Positions 13,294 through 26,655 are shown, counted from the stretch's first letter. The stretch is 64,000 bases of DNA from Felis catus (GCF_018350175.1 NC_058368.1:237462001-237526000), one strand, 5' to 3'. Made by a program: numbers and translations. The notes: generated by a model from the letters alone, not told the origin.

Positions 13294-13521
13294 CGGGCAC
13301 ACCCCCTCCCGGCCCACGCCCCTCCCGGCCCACGCCCCCTCCCGGCCCACGCCCCCTCCTGGCCCACAACCCCTCCCTGCCCACGCCCCCTCCTGGCCCA
13401 CACCCCCTCCCGGACCACGCCCCCTCCTGGCCCACACCCCCTCCCGGACCACGCCCCCTCCCGGACCACGCCCCCTCCCAGCCCACGACCCCTCCCGGCC
13501 CACAACCCCTCCCTGCTCACC
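13294..13521 (+). repeat. C-rich minisatellite, 17-bp unit GGCCCACGCCCCCTCCC, about 13 copies
   Basis: The 17-bp period is visible directly (unit starts at 13327, 13344, 13361...). Confidence 0.92.
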
Positions 13522-14424
13522 TATAAAAACATTGTCCAGGTCATGCTTATACTGCCCAAAGGCTGTTCGTCCAAGGGATCCTGTACTCCAAGAAATGGCC
13601 TAAAGCCAATGTGTCTCCTGGCCTCTTGGTGGTCTGTGAGCTCCCCTTGGACCCCTCACCGTGCACCTGAGTCACTGTCAGAGGCTGCCCTGGCTTCCAG
13701 AACCTACTCTGCCTGCAAATTGGCAGGCGACGTCTTCCCAGGGCTCCCCCAAGCAATCCTTGCGTGGTAGGGGAGTGGGTGTCCCAGGCCCCCTCCCCCT
13801 TACCCCGTGGATAGCTCTTCCTGGGGCACCGACAGGCTCCCTCCGTGGGGTTGGCCGGACGCCCGCCCAGCGCGGCTCCCCGCTTCCAGGTTCCGCGCCT
13901 GCCTCCAAGCGGGTCTGGGGGAACCCAACCTGACACAGCACGGCCTCTCCCCTCACGGCTTCCACGCGGTCAGGACGCCACTGAGGAGGCTGCCAGGCCA
14001 AGGCCGAGACTCCGTGTGCGGCCAGCTCGCTCCTGGAGGGCTCCCGCCCCTGCAGGCAGTGTGCGCGTGTCCGGTGTGCCCCGAAGGCTGGGGGTGCACC
14101 CACCCTGCCTCCGTTCCCCGTGGGCCGCGAGCGGGGCACGGGGTGACTTCCTGTCAACTTCACAGACGCTTCCCTGCCTGTCACCCACACGGGTGCCAAC
14201 GCTGGTGACCAAATGCGCTATCGTGCGCGAGACCGCAGGCTTTCTACCTCACCGTGGCCGAAAGTGGCCTTTTCTAATAGTGCCTAAAATGTCATGTTTG
14301 AAAACGAGAAGGGTGCAAAAAAAACCAGTCAGTAGTGCACACCCTTTAATGTAAAACATCTTCTACAGTCTGATCTGCAAGAAATGGCTGGATCTACAAG
14401 AAAACAATGGAAAATAACTAAAAA

Positions 14425-14636
14425 GGGCCACCTGGGTGGCTCAGTGGGTTAAGTGTCTGCCTTCGGCTCAGGTCACGATCTCCCCGTCCATGGGTTGGAG
14501 CCCTGCATGAGGCTCCAGGCCACAGCTCAGAGCCTGGCATCTGCTTCGGATTCTGTGTCTGCCGCTCTCTGCCCCTCCCCCACTCATGTTCTGTCTCTGC
14601 CTCTCAACAATGAATAAACGTTAAAAAATATTTTTT
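14425..14636 (+). mobile_element. CanSINE
   Basis: gggccacctgggtggctcagtgggttaag head, with flanking aa(t/c)aactaaaaa TSD. Confidence 0.9.
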
Positions 14637-17600
14637 AAACAACTAAAAAATGTAGGTCATTCAACTCATGAACTTAGTTGAAGGGGTAACTAGTGTCAAG
14701 AATTGGACCCCAAAACTAAATACGAAGTCAGCGAAAATCAGCAAATCCAATGAAAACCTAATCAAATGTTCCCAGCGAGGACACTGGGTGTGGAGAGGAA
14801 TGACGGCGAAGTGTGCACAAGGGTCTCTGGGACCTCAGTGTTTACGGGGCAGCCGAGCACGGTGTTCGGGGAAATTGAGGGAAATGCAGGAAAGTGTGTC
14901 CGACCGTGTCCCCTCCATCCCACGACAGGTGGTTTGTGGGGGGGGGCAGCACCCCAGAACTCAGAGATGCAGGCACACGCTGGCCGACCTGGCCTCCAGG
15001 GGCAGGCCACACACCTGCTTCGCCATCGGATTTTCCACCTGGATTCTAGGGCCATCGTCGTCCGGGGCACTGCCCTGCCAAGCATCGTTTGGCTGTACGT
15101 GAAATAACATCCGAAAGCGTTTTAGAAATTTAAAAGATGTTTCGGTGCATTTTGCACCGAGAACTTTCCGTCTGCTGACGTGAGCCAGTCCGGGAAAGCG
15201 AACCGTTCTGATGGCGGTTCCCGGGAAAAGTCCTGTGTTCCGTCAGCCACCTCGACTAAACAGGGAACTTGTCACCAACATTATGTAAGGGGGGGGGAAT
15301 ACGCAGGGCCAGGAGACCCTCTGCGGAAAATATTCTCGGGACGCCAAGGAAGCCACGAGCCTCCGTCAGGTTCCCCTCACCCAGAGCCCAGGGAGGGACA
15401 ACGGGGCAGGGGAGCCACGTTCACACTCGGCACGGGTCGTAGCACGGACACCTGACGAACGATGGCCGCCCATGGTGTCTATCGCGGCGGGAACGTGAAG
15501 CCTCACTTCAAGATTTAGTTTTCTAACTGGATTGAAAAGTGTTCGTTAGATGCTCTTAGATGTCGTGTTAGCACCTTTCAAAATAATAAGCATTTATTTA
15601 CATAGGTTACAAAGGATTCCAAAAACTAATCCACAGTGTATTTGGGGGGGGGGGGGAATGACATTAAGAAAATTGTGAAGGAGCCACAAAATCAGCTGAC
15701 TTTGCCTTCAGATAAATGCGCCCGGGCAGACAGCCTCCCCAGCGGCACGAGCAGGGCCCTGGCCCATGATTAATGAAGCCCCGTAAGGATGCCGCCCCTG
15801 AGATTGACCTGCCGAGGCCCGCTCACCCCCCGGCCTGGGTTCCCGTGCACCCCACTCCTTGGATTAGCAGTGACAACATCCTGGGGGAAATTACCCAACG
15901 CTCCGGATTTGGCTCTCGTGTCTTCAGGAGCATTAGTACAAAAACAAGGAGTAAATTAAGCACGCAGAGTGATTTCCCAGGATCTTTGAAAAGCAATCCA
16001 TCCCAGCACTGGCACTCACGCGGGCCGCGCGCCTTTAGCTGCGCGTCTGGGACGCTCTCCCTCCATCTGACAGCCTCATTCTTCCGCAGGCCCAAAATCT
16101 CCACACGTTTTAGAAAGTTAATTATTAAATACCCTCGATTGTCGTTGAGTTGTACAATAGCAGGGACAGAGGCGCAAGTAAGTTACGCTATCTCTCCCCC
16201 CCATCTACCGCACATTTAACCACCTTTGATCTTATCTAATAGCAGATAGAGAACTGAAATAATCACCATTTAAATATATTAGGTTGTTTGACATAGGTAC
16301 CGCACACAAGGAAAATCAATAATGATTATACAATCACCAGATACAGTGTAAACGGCATACCGCAAAATCTTTACGGGGCGAGATAACATCACAGAGATCC
16401 CAACGAGAGTCAATAGCCATTAGTTTTTAAGAGTGGCCACTTGAACTTGTGCGTGTGGGCGTGTGCATTGGAGCCCTGGGTGTAGGATCTTAAAATAGAC
16501 GAGGTTCAAAGAAATAAAGAGAAGTCGGGTCTAAGAGACCCGTCTCAGTGGCGGCTACGGCTTGCTGAACTTTTGTAAACCCCAGTATTATCTGTTTCCA
16601 TTGAAGCAAGGAACGGCTGTTTACATTTTGCTCAGTTTTTAGGAAAATTCTACCGGCTAAGGAGGTTCTGTACAATTACAGTTAAATTCAAGTGTCTGAA
16701 ACACTTAACGCGGAGAGCTCGGCCTCTAAGCCTTGGCCTCTAGCAGGCTCCTTTACGGCTGAAATTGGCTAACACCTGACACGCCTCTCTCCACGAGGAG
16801 GGGAGGAGACGATCTTGCGAACAGGTCTGTTCTGTGTTATTTTCTGCAAGGCAGTGGAGTCCTGAGATTCTCATAAGCGACTTTTCACCACTGAGTCATT
16901 TGGGAAAGAACATCGTTTTCACTCAGGGAAATACCTGCACGAGTTCCGGCAGCCCAGAGACCTCTCTGGGCATGTGAAGATTGATGAGAGTCAAGGATTC
17001 TTGGTCAATATTGAAGAATTAAGAAATGGATTCAGTAAAATGCAAGCGGTTATCAACTTTCCAGATTGTACTGGGGCAGAAGAGGAGTCACGATGATCAA
17101 TCTGTTCTGAGTCCTCAAAGCCGGGCCCGAAAATGCATGTGCTGATTCCATTGACATATTGGTCCCTCTTTGCCGTCCAGACGCCATTCTGATAGGCCAA
17201 CCTTCTCAAGCATTAATCCGGATGGCAGCGAGTGTGTTCTCCCTCTGCTGAGAGTCATCGAGAGAGAGGCGTTCGGAGAAAAAAAGTCCGTGTTATTCCT
17301 CTATTTACATCCACCGGTACTAAAAACTTGGCACGCCTGAGCCCTAAGCAAATACTGCAAGATGAAGAAAAAGTCCAGCAAAAAATAGAACGCAGCCATT
17401 CCTGTCCTCTTAGAAAATTAAAAGCTCCTGGAAGGAATACAGGCGTCGCTTTATAACCCTTATCCCCTACCCTGTGCAACCTGGCTGTCAAATTTACTGT
17501 TTAAGCTTTTCTTTGTAATCACGCGATTATACACTTTGTCACCTTCCCCACCCCCATCATTCCATCTAATGGTTTTAAAGGGAAAGGAAATTACTTGTCT

Positions 17601-18069
17601 TCCCAGCCAGCACTTGACAGTTTTATGGGTCGTTTGTAATGAAGCTATTCTTTGGCTTTAATGGAGACCTTGATCCCGACCAGTGTGAATAATTGTCAAA
17701 AGGTGATTAATTAAATATTCACCACTCCCCTATAAAATTGATCAACATATTACATTACACTGCTCCAAAAGTTATTTTATTTCTTCATTCGACTTCAAAT
17801 TCTATGCATTTAAACAAGCTTTAAACCGGAGCCATATAATTTACTACACATTAATTATACATACACGCTGACTAAAGTAAGGAGTGTTTTACACCTTTTT
17901 TAACTCTGTAAAACGTGCCACTATCACTTACAACATTGAGAAGTCCAGTCTGGGAAGCGAGATGTCTTACATTCACTTCCGGCGTGTATAGAGTAGTTAC
18001 CTTGCCTAGCAAGTTTCAGATTCTGCGAACACGTAGCTTTATGTGAAGTAAGTTTCCAAGGCAAAAAAA

Positions 18070-18109
<40 letters not shown>

Positions 18110-18165
18110 TTTACATATCTGAATGCAATCGATGTGTGAAATTTTGGCTTTTAAAATATCATCCC

Positions 18166-18372
18166 AGGGGGGCACCTGGGTGGCTCAGTTGGTTACGCAT
18201 CCAAATCTTGATCTCAGGGTCTTGAGTTCAAGCATCGTGTTGGGTTCCACGTTGGGTGTGAAGCCTACTTAAGAAAGAGAGAGAGAGAGATTGAGGAGAA
18301 AGAAAAAAGAGAAGAGAAAGGAAGAAAAAGGAAAAGGAAAAGGAAAAGGAAAAGGAAAAGGGAAAGGAAAAG
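18166..18372 (+). mobile_element. Short CanSINE variant with tail expanded into (GA)n/(GAAAAG)n; preceded by an A-run plus (TA)n at about 18063-18110
   Basis: ggggggcacctgggtggctcagttgg...gcctacttaa, with catcccag on both flanks. Confidence 0.8.
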
Positions 18373-18499
18373 ACCATCCCAGGATGAGGCCCATCATTGA
18401 ACTTTGCTCACCCTTTTCTTGAAGCACCCTGGGCTAACCATTGAGGTGAGTGAGAATGAGGCACAGAGAAGGGAAGTCATGGACCAGGAACTTGGCTGG

Positions 18500-18758
18500 A
18501 TAAAAATAATAAATAAATAATTAATTAATTAATTAAGAATTAAAAATAAATAAATAAAATAATAAATAAAAAATAAACAAATAAAATAAAGAATAAACAA
18601 TAAATAAATAAAATGATAAATAATAAATAAATAAAATGATAAATAATAAATAAAATAATGAATAAATAATAAATAAAATAATAAAGAAATAAAATAATAA
18701 ATAATAAATAAATAATAAGTTAATAATAAATAATACATAATAAATAAATAAAAATAAA
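18500..18758 (+). repeat. A-rich low-complexity tract of mixed (AAAT)n/(AAT)n
   Basis: About 260 bp almost entirely A/T with strong A strand bias. Confidence 0.9.
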
Positions 18759-20910
18759 GCCCAGACTCCCTTCTTCTCCACAACTCCCAGCTTCCATTCA
18801 CCCTGGGTTTTGACCGTCTGCGTAAATACATGCGGAATCTTCCTAGAACGTGGCTCCTTCCTGCTCATGTCCCCTGACCCAGCATCCGAGCTGTCTTCAT
18901 CTGAGTGTGGGGCAAGCAGAAATTCCCAATTTCGAATGTAAACTCCACCTCAAAGACGCCCATGAGGCCCAGAAATTATACCAAATTTTATTATTAACGA
19001 GGAATAGGTGTGATGTGGTGAATTATGTTTAAAAACCTGTGAAAATAAATGGAGCGAAGATCACGAAAACTCAAACAAAACAGGCCAGTTTTCTGCAGAC
19101 AGGGTCTCTGCACTTGACCGGGGAGCGGCCGGTGAGAAATAGAGCGTCACAAGCGTGCTCCAGACAGAGGCCAAACGGTGCGGCACATTCAATGAGCGTA
19201 GGAAAGTCAACACTTCACAGAAGTGTCTCTGCTCCTCACACAGGGAGACGCCGAGCCGTCTGAACCGGCGGAGCCGCCAAGTAGGTTAGCGGGCACCCCG
19301 GATTCCTGCTGGGTGACACCCAGCGCGCAGCGGGACCTCCGATCGAGACGCGCACCGCGTCCACCCACGCGCTGGCGTTCCAGAAGGCCCCGGAGGCAGC
19401 TCAGAATGCAAATGGCTGATTTCACTGAAGTAGTCAATCAACCCCCGGCCCCCCTTTTTTTTTCCAGGCTGTTAAAATGTCACCGAGTGAGCCTGGCCGG
19501 TAAAAAAGATGATGAGCAAAAAAAAATAATATTTCAACTTGAACAAACTTGCTATTTGTACACTTGATCACATGGGTCTGCTGGTGTCCAGATGATTCCA
19601 GCAGCAGCTACAGGAATGAGTCCCACAAAGGGACTGAGTTTAATCATCCAATCCCAGACTGTATTGATTTTGGGACTACTTGCAATGACTATATAAATAA
19701 GCCATTTCTTTGCAACTGTATCTACAGCCGGTCATGAACCCAAAACCTTCACAACCTGGTCCAAAGTGAATTATGCCCCGCAGAAATAAATTAATAAAAC
19801 TAACACAGCCGGGCTCCTCCGCCAACTTATTTTCACGTTTCAAGAGCTCAAAAATATAAAATCAATAATCATTTAGTCATATGGGTAAATGAAGCGACAT
19901 AACATCAAAGTAAACCCTTTAGCTATGCATCCTAGGTAATTTATCTCATCAAAAGGCAGTGGTAATAATCCTTTCCACTCCCAGACAAGCTGCCACATAG
20001 CTGCTGTATTATCCTGGAGTAAACACGTTGGGAGAAAATATTAAAAATCAATATCTGTTTCCTTCTATCAGACCAGATGGCATCCATCATAAATCCATCC
20101 CTGTAAAGGGTCCTTGGAGCTGGGTGCCCAGGGTGAGGAAGACAACTGAATTAACAACATAGGCGACGCTCTGCTCAGTGGGCACCAGTAGCTGGATTTC
20201 TCTAAAATTTCAGTATTTTACAATTGCAAAAAAATTTGCTGAAATTATAATGATGAGGGAAAAAAATCTATCGCAGCCACAGGGCGCAGAAAGGAAGCGA
20301 TTACCAGGACTGCGAAATACAAATGTGAACGGCAGCTTTCAGGAGGGCCTGCAAGGGATCCCAGGTATTTGATTGATTTATTGGATCATTCATTCATTCA
20401 TTCATTCATGTAGCCTGCTGATTTCTGGCCATGAAATTCAGGCATGAGCCCCTCCAAGTGGAGAACCCATCACCCTGTCACACGCTGGTCAGACGGCCTC
20501 TGCCCACCCAAGACACCTACTAACAGGGTTTGCCTGGCTCTTTTCTGACCACAAGTGCCCACGGAGAAAGAGCTGTGTCGCTGAGCCCCCGAGAGGTCTG
20601 TTCCCTAAGGGAGGGGAGAGCTGCCTGATCCAAGCGCCCTGACGGGGGGCTTTGCCGGTGACAAATTCGTACACTAGACATCTGGACACATGAGCCCGAG
20701 CCAGAAGCTGCATTCACGGTGTGCCGGAGGGTAAGGCTGCTGAGCCTTGACATGAAGGGTGCGGGAGAAAATGCCGGAGAAGCTCCTCTCAAGAGTGGAC
20801 GGCTCCCCATTTGTAAGATCTGCTTACTTTCAGTCGAGCCTGAATTTTATTATTTCTGGGAAGTGGGATGTTGTTGTCATTCTTAGCACCACCTCTCCTG
20901 GTGAAAGCAG

Positions 20911-20911
<1 letters not shown>

Positions 20912-20946
<35 letters not shown>
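20912..20946 (+). repeat. (CA)n microsatellite
   Basis: Seen directly. Confidence 0.95.
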
Positions 20947-20951
<5 letters not shown>

Positions 20952-21077
20952 TAAGCATTGGAAAAACAAAAATTCCTCCAACACGAGGAGGAACTTTCAG
21001 GAAAGGCCAACTTAAGTCTTGGGAATCTGCTTCCAGCCATCCTCACTTTGAGAAGCCATTTAGATCTCATGCTGTCC

Positions 21078-21410
21078 CTTACAGACGGAACTGTGTTCCC
21101 CCCACATTTGTATGTTGAAGCCCTACCCTCGGGCACTTTGGAATGCGGCTATGTGGAGACGGGGCCCTCATAAAGAAGTAACCAGCCGAAGGGTGGACCC
21201 TAATCCAGCGGACGTGGGCTCTGACTAGAGGAAGAGACACCAGGAAGGCCACCTGCAAGCCTGGGCCACAGCTCACACCAGAAAGCATTCCTGCTGACGC
21301 CTTGATTTTAAACACCCAGTCTCCAAAACTGTGGGGAAAAAAAATAAGTCTGTTGTTTAAGCCCCCCAGGCTGGGAGATTTTGTTACAGCAACTCATGCA
21401 GACTGATACA
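21078..21410 (+). mobile_element. MaLR solo LTR (MLT1A/MST-like)
   Basis: gaactgtgttccccc...tatgttgaagccctacc...gggtggaccctaatcca...ccttgattt...cagtctccaaaactgtg...ctgttgtttaagcc...gactgataca. Confidence 0.8.
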
Positions 21411-24103
21411 CAGCCCTGAGTTCCCTGTACTTGAAGTTCAGTTTAACAGCTGCCTCAGAATTTCCTCCCTGCAATAGCTTTAGACACAAAGTGTTTCATA
21501 ACGGGTTCCTCGTCCCCTTGGATAAATAACCCTGTGAAGAGAGCCCCAAAGAAATCTCTTCTAGAGTCAATCCTACTTGCGTCAGTTTAGGGGACAATCC
21601 CTGTATTTTCTTTCAGAAGAAAATGTTCTCGTCCTCAGTCCCGGTCACTGAAACGTCCCCATGACCCAGTTATCTCATTTTCAAATACGCATCCCCAGAT
21701 TGAACATCTTACCTGTTGTATTGTCTGACCAGTGCACACAGCCTCCTAGTCCGCGTCTAGATACCAGGTATTTATGAATAAGAACTAAGACGACATCAGA
21801 TTGTGACAGAATCCTTATCATTGCTGATTTATTGGGAACTTATACGTAATCAAAAGCCCTAATTATTTTCACATATATTCTTATGTAGAAATTCATGATT
21901 GATCATCTATCTGACGTTTTGAAGCTGCTTTTGTTTTAGGCTAGGTGTGTGCCCTTAGGTTTTTTTCTCCTGGCAAATGTGAGTTCAGGGTGGACTCCTT
22001 GCTCTGGCCTAAGGAACGTTGTATGTGAATCTTCACTCCCAGGCGGAGAACTTACTACTGTCCCCAGAGGGAATGTCATGTCACAGATTGCAGTGTGGCG
22101 GACAGGACGTACAGAACTGCCAGAGCCACGCTGCCCCGTTGTCCCAGAGTAGAGATCTCCACAAAAGCCTGCATGTCCCAAGGAACAAACACTAGAAGAG
22201 CAGAGGCTTCCCCCACCAACCTGCCGGGTATTTCCAGCCCTCCAACGGCCCTGCACCTGCACGGGCTAAGACGAACCAGCCAAGGAAATGAAACACCACG
22301 GCTTTGCGTGACGTCAGCAAAGAGCAGAGCGATGCCTTATTATTCCAAGAACAAGCCAAACTTGAGCCAAATTATAGATCATACCCAAAGTCTAAAACAA
22401 TGCTCTCAAGTTAGAAAAGTTTGCTCTGATGATAATGTTTCAGTTCACTTGGCATCTTTCAATGCCCTCTCGGAGAATCTCTCTCAAATTGGGCACTTAT
22501 TTTTATTAAGTACTGGAAGTTGAACCATATTTATAAAATTATTCCATTCCTTGAATGTAACTTCTCTTTCTTAGAAATGACTAACTGAGCTCTTGTTATC
22601 TGCTTTGTTCAGAACCCGGAGTGTAAACATTTGGACTGTGAAGAATTTGGCTATCAATCCTCAGAAATATCACATTTACTTCCCCATAATACTATATATC
22701 AAAGCATCAAACGGATTACAAATGAGACCCACTCAGAGAAAGTCACCCGAAAGCCCGTAAATGTGATCCCAGACCCTGACACACAGTTTTGCTTCCCAAG
22801 ATGGCTGTGAAGGTGGACCATACATCAAGACCACTGTCAAGTGTTATCAGGGGGGTTGGGGCCATCAATCACGTGAGCCTTCCACGGGACCCTCCCAAGC
22901 CGGTGGTGTTCCATATCTTTCTTTTAGGAAACATTTAATCATCGACACACTTCTCAATGGGTATTAAGAAAGTCAACTCTTTAAATCTCTATGGTTGCTA
23001 AGAGACTGATATTTAATGTTCGAAAATTTTCATCTATATCAGATATATTTTCTTCTACGGCAGACAGGATCTTGAGATCTGCCAAGAGGGTTAAAAAATA
23101 GCTTTTATAAAGAGAAATCATACACTTTTGTAAATATTAGTCTTTCCTTTTTAGAAACGATTGTCTGCAATTCTAATTTATCGATGAATTTTCAACATAG
23201 CATACGACGCATACTCACTCTGGCTAACGGCAATTAGTAACTTGGACTTAGGAACTGCATGTTTGGCAAGCAAGGAAAATATGCCCTAGATAGCCTTTTC
23301 CCATTTATGCTTTACCTTCCCTTCCTGGCTTAGGTTAGACCAAGCTGCTTCAGACTTGAATGGAACGGGCAAATTAAAAGAATAACATCCACTTCTAAAA
23401 CTGAGGCCAGAAGGGAGAATATAAATCAACCAATATGCTCTTTTAAAAAAATATCAGCGGCCAAATACAGATTCCCCACTGCTTCCTCTCCCTCACCATC
23501 ATCATCATCACCCGGCTCAGGTGGTGTATCTGGTGCGGTTGAAGGAGCCACGTCTTCTACGTCAACATTTCCACTTAAGTTTAAACTGTAGACAGACTTA
23601 TGCACATAGGTTCTCATATAAGAAAGTTAATTTTGGCATTATTTATTTATAGTAGCGCTGTGCCTTCCTACCTTTAGACAATCTGGCATGTATTTTATAC
23701 TAAATACATACGTATTATTACATCAAAGCACATACAGGGGTTTTGTTTGGTTGAGTCATTGATTTATATTGTGCTCAGTGTTATGTGTTAGGCCTTCTCG
23801 TGCTACACCTTCTAAAACTTCAGCCAAGAGCCCAGTGGAACGTCTAAAGGTAAAAAAGTCAAGAGCTGAAGAGAAAAGTGGCTGATGGACGTAGCAGATT
23901 AAGCGCCACAGAAAAGGAAAATTTGGAGGGCAGAGGAGCAGACATCCGAGCACAGAAGGAAAGAAAGAAGGACTGCGCTAAAGCAAAATGTATGAAATCT
24001 TCACATTAATTGTGTGCTGTAAATTATGCAAGTGTATAATCAAACAGACATGTTTGAGATAGAAGAGCATTGGGCAATAGTTTTAAAATGAAATATATGT
24101 ATA

Positions 24104-24135
<32 letters not shown>

Positions 24136-24383
24136 AATTATACATATACATACATATATATATGCTTTTTGGCTCAGAAATCCCAGACACACAGTACCTT
24201 ATCACACACAAATAAAATTGAATGAGAATATATGTGCCAGGATGTCTTTTGTATGACCATTGAGAATAGCAAACACCTAGAATGAATCTACATGTGTTTC
24301 CTTGGGGAAATGGGTGAATAAATTACAATAATCTACTTTTGTGCCACAGAATATAACACCACCATCCAAAAAAGAGAGAGAAA

Positions 24384-24586
24384 GGGATGCCTGGGTGGCT
24401 CAGTCGGTTGACTGTCCAACTCTTGATTTCAGCTCGACTCATGATCCCATGGCTCGTGAGTTTGAGCCTCACATTGGGCTCTGAGCTAATGGCGTGGAGC
24501 CTGCTTGGGATTCTCCCTCTCTCCCTCTCTCTCTGCCCCTCCCCGGCTCACACTCTCTCTCTCTAAATAAATAGACATTTAAAAAA
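24384..24586 (+). mobile_element. CanSINE
   Basis: gggatgcctgggtggctcagtcggttg head, CT-rich body, A-tail. Confidence 0.9.
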
Positions 24587-25160
24587 GAAAGAGACAGAGA
24601 AAGTGGTAGACACCACAAAAGGAAAGATTAGGGAACTTGAAGATACAGCAATAAAATGTATCCAAAAAGGAGTGCACAGAGGAGGAAAAAAGACAAAACA
24701 TCAAGGATAACAACAAAAGCTAGAGCCTCAGTGGAAAAAGGTCAAACAATCTAATGTAAACCCATTTGGAATCTCTGAGAAAGAGAAAGGGTCAGAAATA
24801 TATCTGAATAAATGACAGTGGATACTTTTACAAATCAATGAAAAAACTTAGCAAAGCCCAGTCAGGATAAATACAAAGAAAACCATGCAAGGCAGCTGGG
24901 GTAAGGGGCGGGAGTGCACAATTCAGGGGACCGCAGATAACAATGACTGCAGACTTCTGAGAATCAGTGAAAGCCAGAACAACGAAAAAAGAAAATCTAT
25001 AAAGTGCTGAAAGGAGAAAGAATCAAGCTATAATTCTGTGTCCAGAGAAACATTTTTTTAAATAAGGCAAAATATTTGTCCAGATCAATAAAAGCGGGAA
25101 GAATTTATCACTAGAAGACATTTACTATAAACAATGTTAATTTCAAAAGTTCTTCATGCT

Positions 25161-25380
25161 GGGGGCACCCGGGTGGCTCAATCGGTTAAGTGTCTGACTT
25201 CGGCTCAGGCAATGATCTTGTGGTTCATGGGTTCAAAGCCGCGTCGGGCTCTGTGCTGACAGCTCAGAGCCTGGAGCCTGCTTCACATTCTGTGTCTCCC
25301 TCTCTCTCTCTGCCCCTCCCTGCTCATGCTCTATCTCTCTCAGTCTCTTAAAAAATAAATAAATGTTTTTTTTAAAAAAA
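25161..25380 (+). mobile_element. CanSINE
   Basis: gggggcacccgggtggctcaatcgg head and A-tail. Confidence 0.92.
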
Positions 25381-25514
25381 GAAACCTTCTTATTGCTGAA
25401 ATTAAATAATGCTAGATAGGAACTTGGGTCTATGGAAAGGAACAAAGAGCTCCAGAAATGGTAACTAATGGTAGATAAATATTAAGGTCATTTTTCTCAA
25501 TTTTGAATTATTTA

Positions 25515-25983
25515 TTTATTTTAATTGTTTTAATGTTTATTTTATTTAAAAACATTTTTTATGTTTATTTATTCATTTTGAGAGAGAGAGAGAGAGAGAG
25601 AGAGAGCATGCCTAAGCGGGGGAGGGGCACAGAAAAGGAAAGATAAAAATCCCAAGCAGGTTCTGCACCATCAGTGCAGAACCCCATGCCGGGCTCAAAC
25701 TCACAAACTGTGAGATCATGACCTGAGCCAAGATCAAGCATCAGATGCTTAACTTAACGGAGCCACCCAGGTGCCCCAGTTCATTTTATCTTTGAGAGAG
25801 ACAGAGTCTGAGCAGAAGAGGGACAGAGAAAAGGGAGACACAGAATCCCAAGCAGGCTCCAGGCTCTGAGCTGTTGGCACAGAGCCCAGTGCGGGGCTCG
25901 AACTCAGGAACCATGAGATCATGACCTGAACCGAAGTCAGACTTAACAGACTGGCTTAACAGACTGAGCCACCCAGGCACCCC
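25515..25983 (-). mobile_element. Two adjacent/nested CanSINEs (about 25515-25777 and 25788-25983)
   Basis: Two reverse-complement SINE heads (gagccacccaggtgcccc, gagccacccaggcacccc); outer TSD ctcaattttgaatt. Confidence 0.88.
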
Positions 25984-26585
25984 TCAATTTTGAATTTTTT
26001 AAAGGATAATCGATCATTTAAAGCCAAAATGTCATAATATATTATGAGGTTAATATCATATGTATAAATAAAAGTATGACATTGGAAATTGTCTTGTAAG
26101 GGTCTTATATTATATACATAGATATGCAATATTTAAAGGTAGATTTCTTGAATTAAAGTTGCATACTGTAAGCTCCAGAGACCGCTAAAAATATAATTAA
26201 AAACAGATATAACTAATAAGCCAACAATGGAAATTAAGTGAAATAAACAGAAAAATCAATCTAAAAAAGACAGGAAAAGATAAAGGTACAGGAGAGAATA
26301 GATAAGCAGCAATATAGTAGATTTAAGCCAAACCACAACAAGTGATATTAAATATTAAAAAAATCTAAGACACCAGCTAAAAGGCAGGGATTGTTAAACA
26401 TAATAAAATGTAAGACCCGAGTATAGACTGCAAGTCTATAAGAAATAAGCTTAAACATTAAAAAAAGAGAGAGAGCTTTGTTAAAATAATAGGATCAAAA
26501 AAGGCACACAATGAAAACACTAATCATAAGGAAGCAGAAGGGACTATTTTAGTATCAGACAATATACACTTCGGGACTAGGAATA

Positions 26586-26587
<2 letters not shown>

Positions 26588-26632
<45 letters not shown>

Positions 26633-26655
26633 ATATATATATGTATATATATATA
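26588..26655 (+). repeat. (TG)n followed by (TA)n microsatellite
   Basis: Seen directly. Confidence 0.9.

Noticed and set aside
13200..13770. Pro-rich/Gly-rich repetitive ORFs and a possible CRISPR-like array
   Set aside because: Translations of a 17-bp tandem minisatellite with no spacers; eukaryotic DNA.
15142..15160. Palindrome TCGGTGCA-TTT-TGCACCGA, superficially like the tracrRNA 3' hairpin
   Set aside because: Only an 8-bp stem, arms in the opposite order, and no other scaffold sequence; expected by chance.
18529..18868. Hydrophobic Tyr/Phe/Ile/Leu 'membrane protein' ORFs
   Set aside because: Translation of the AT-only low-complexity tract.
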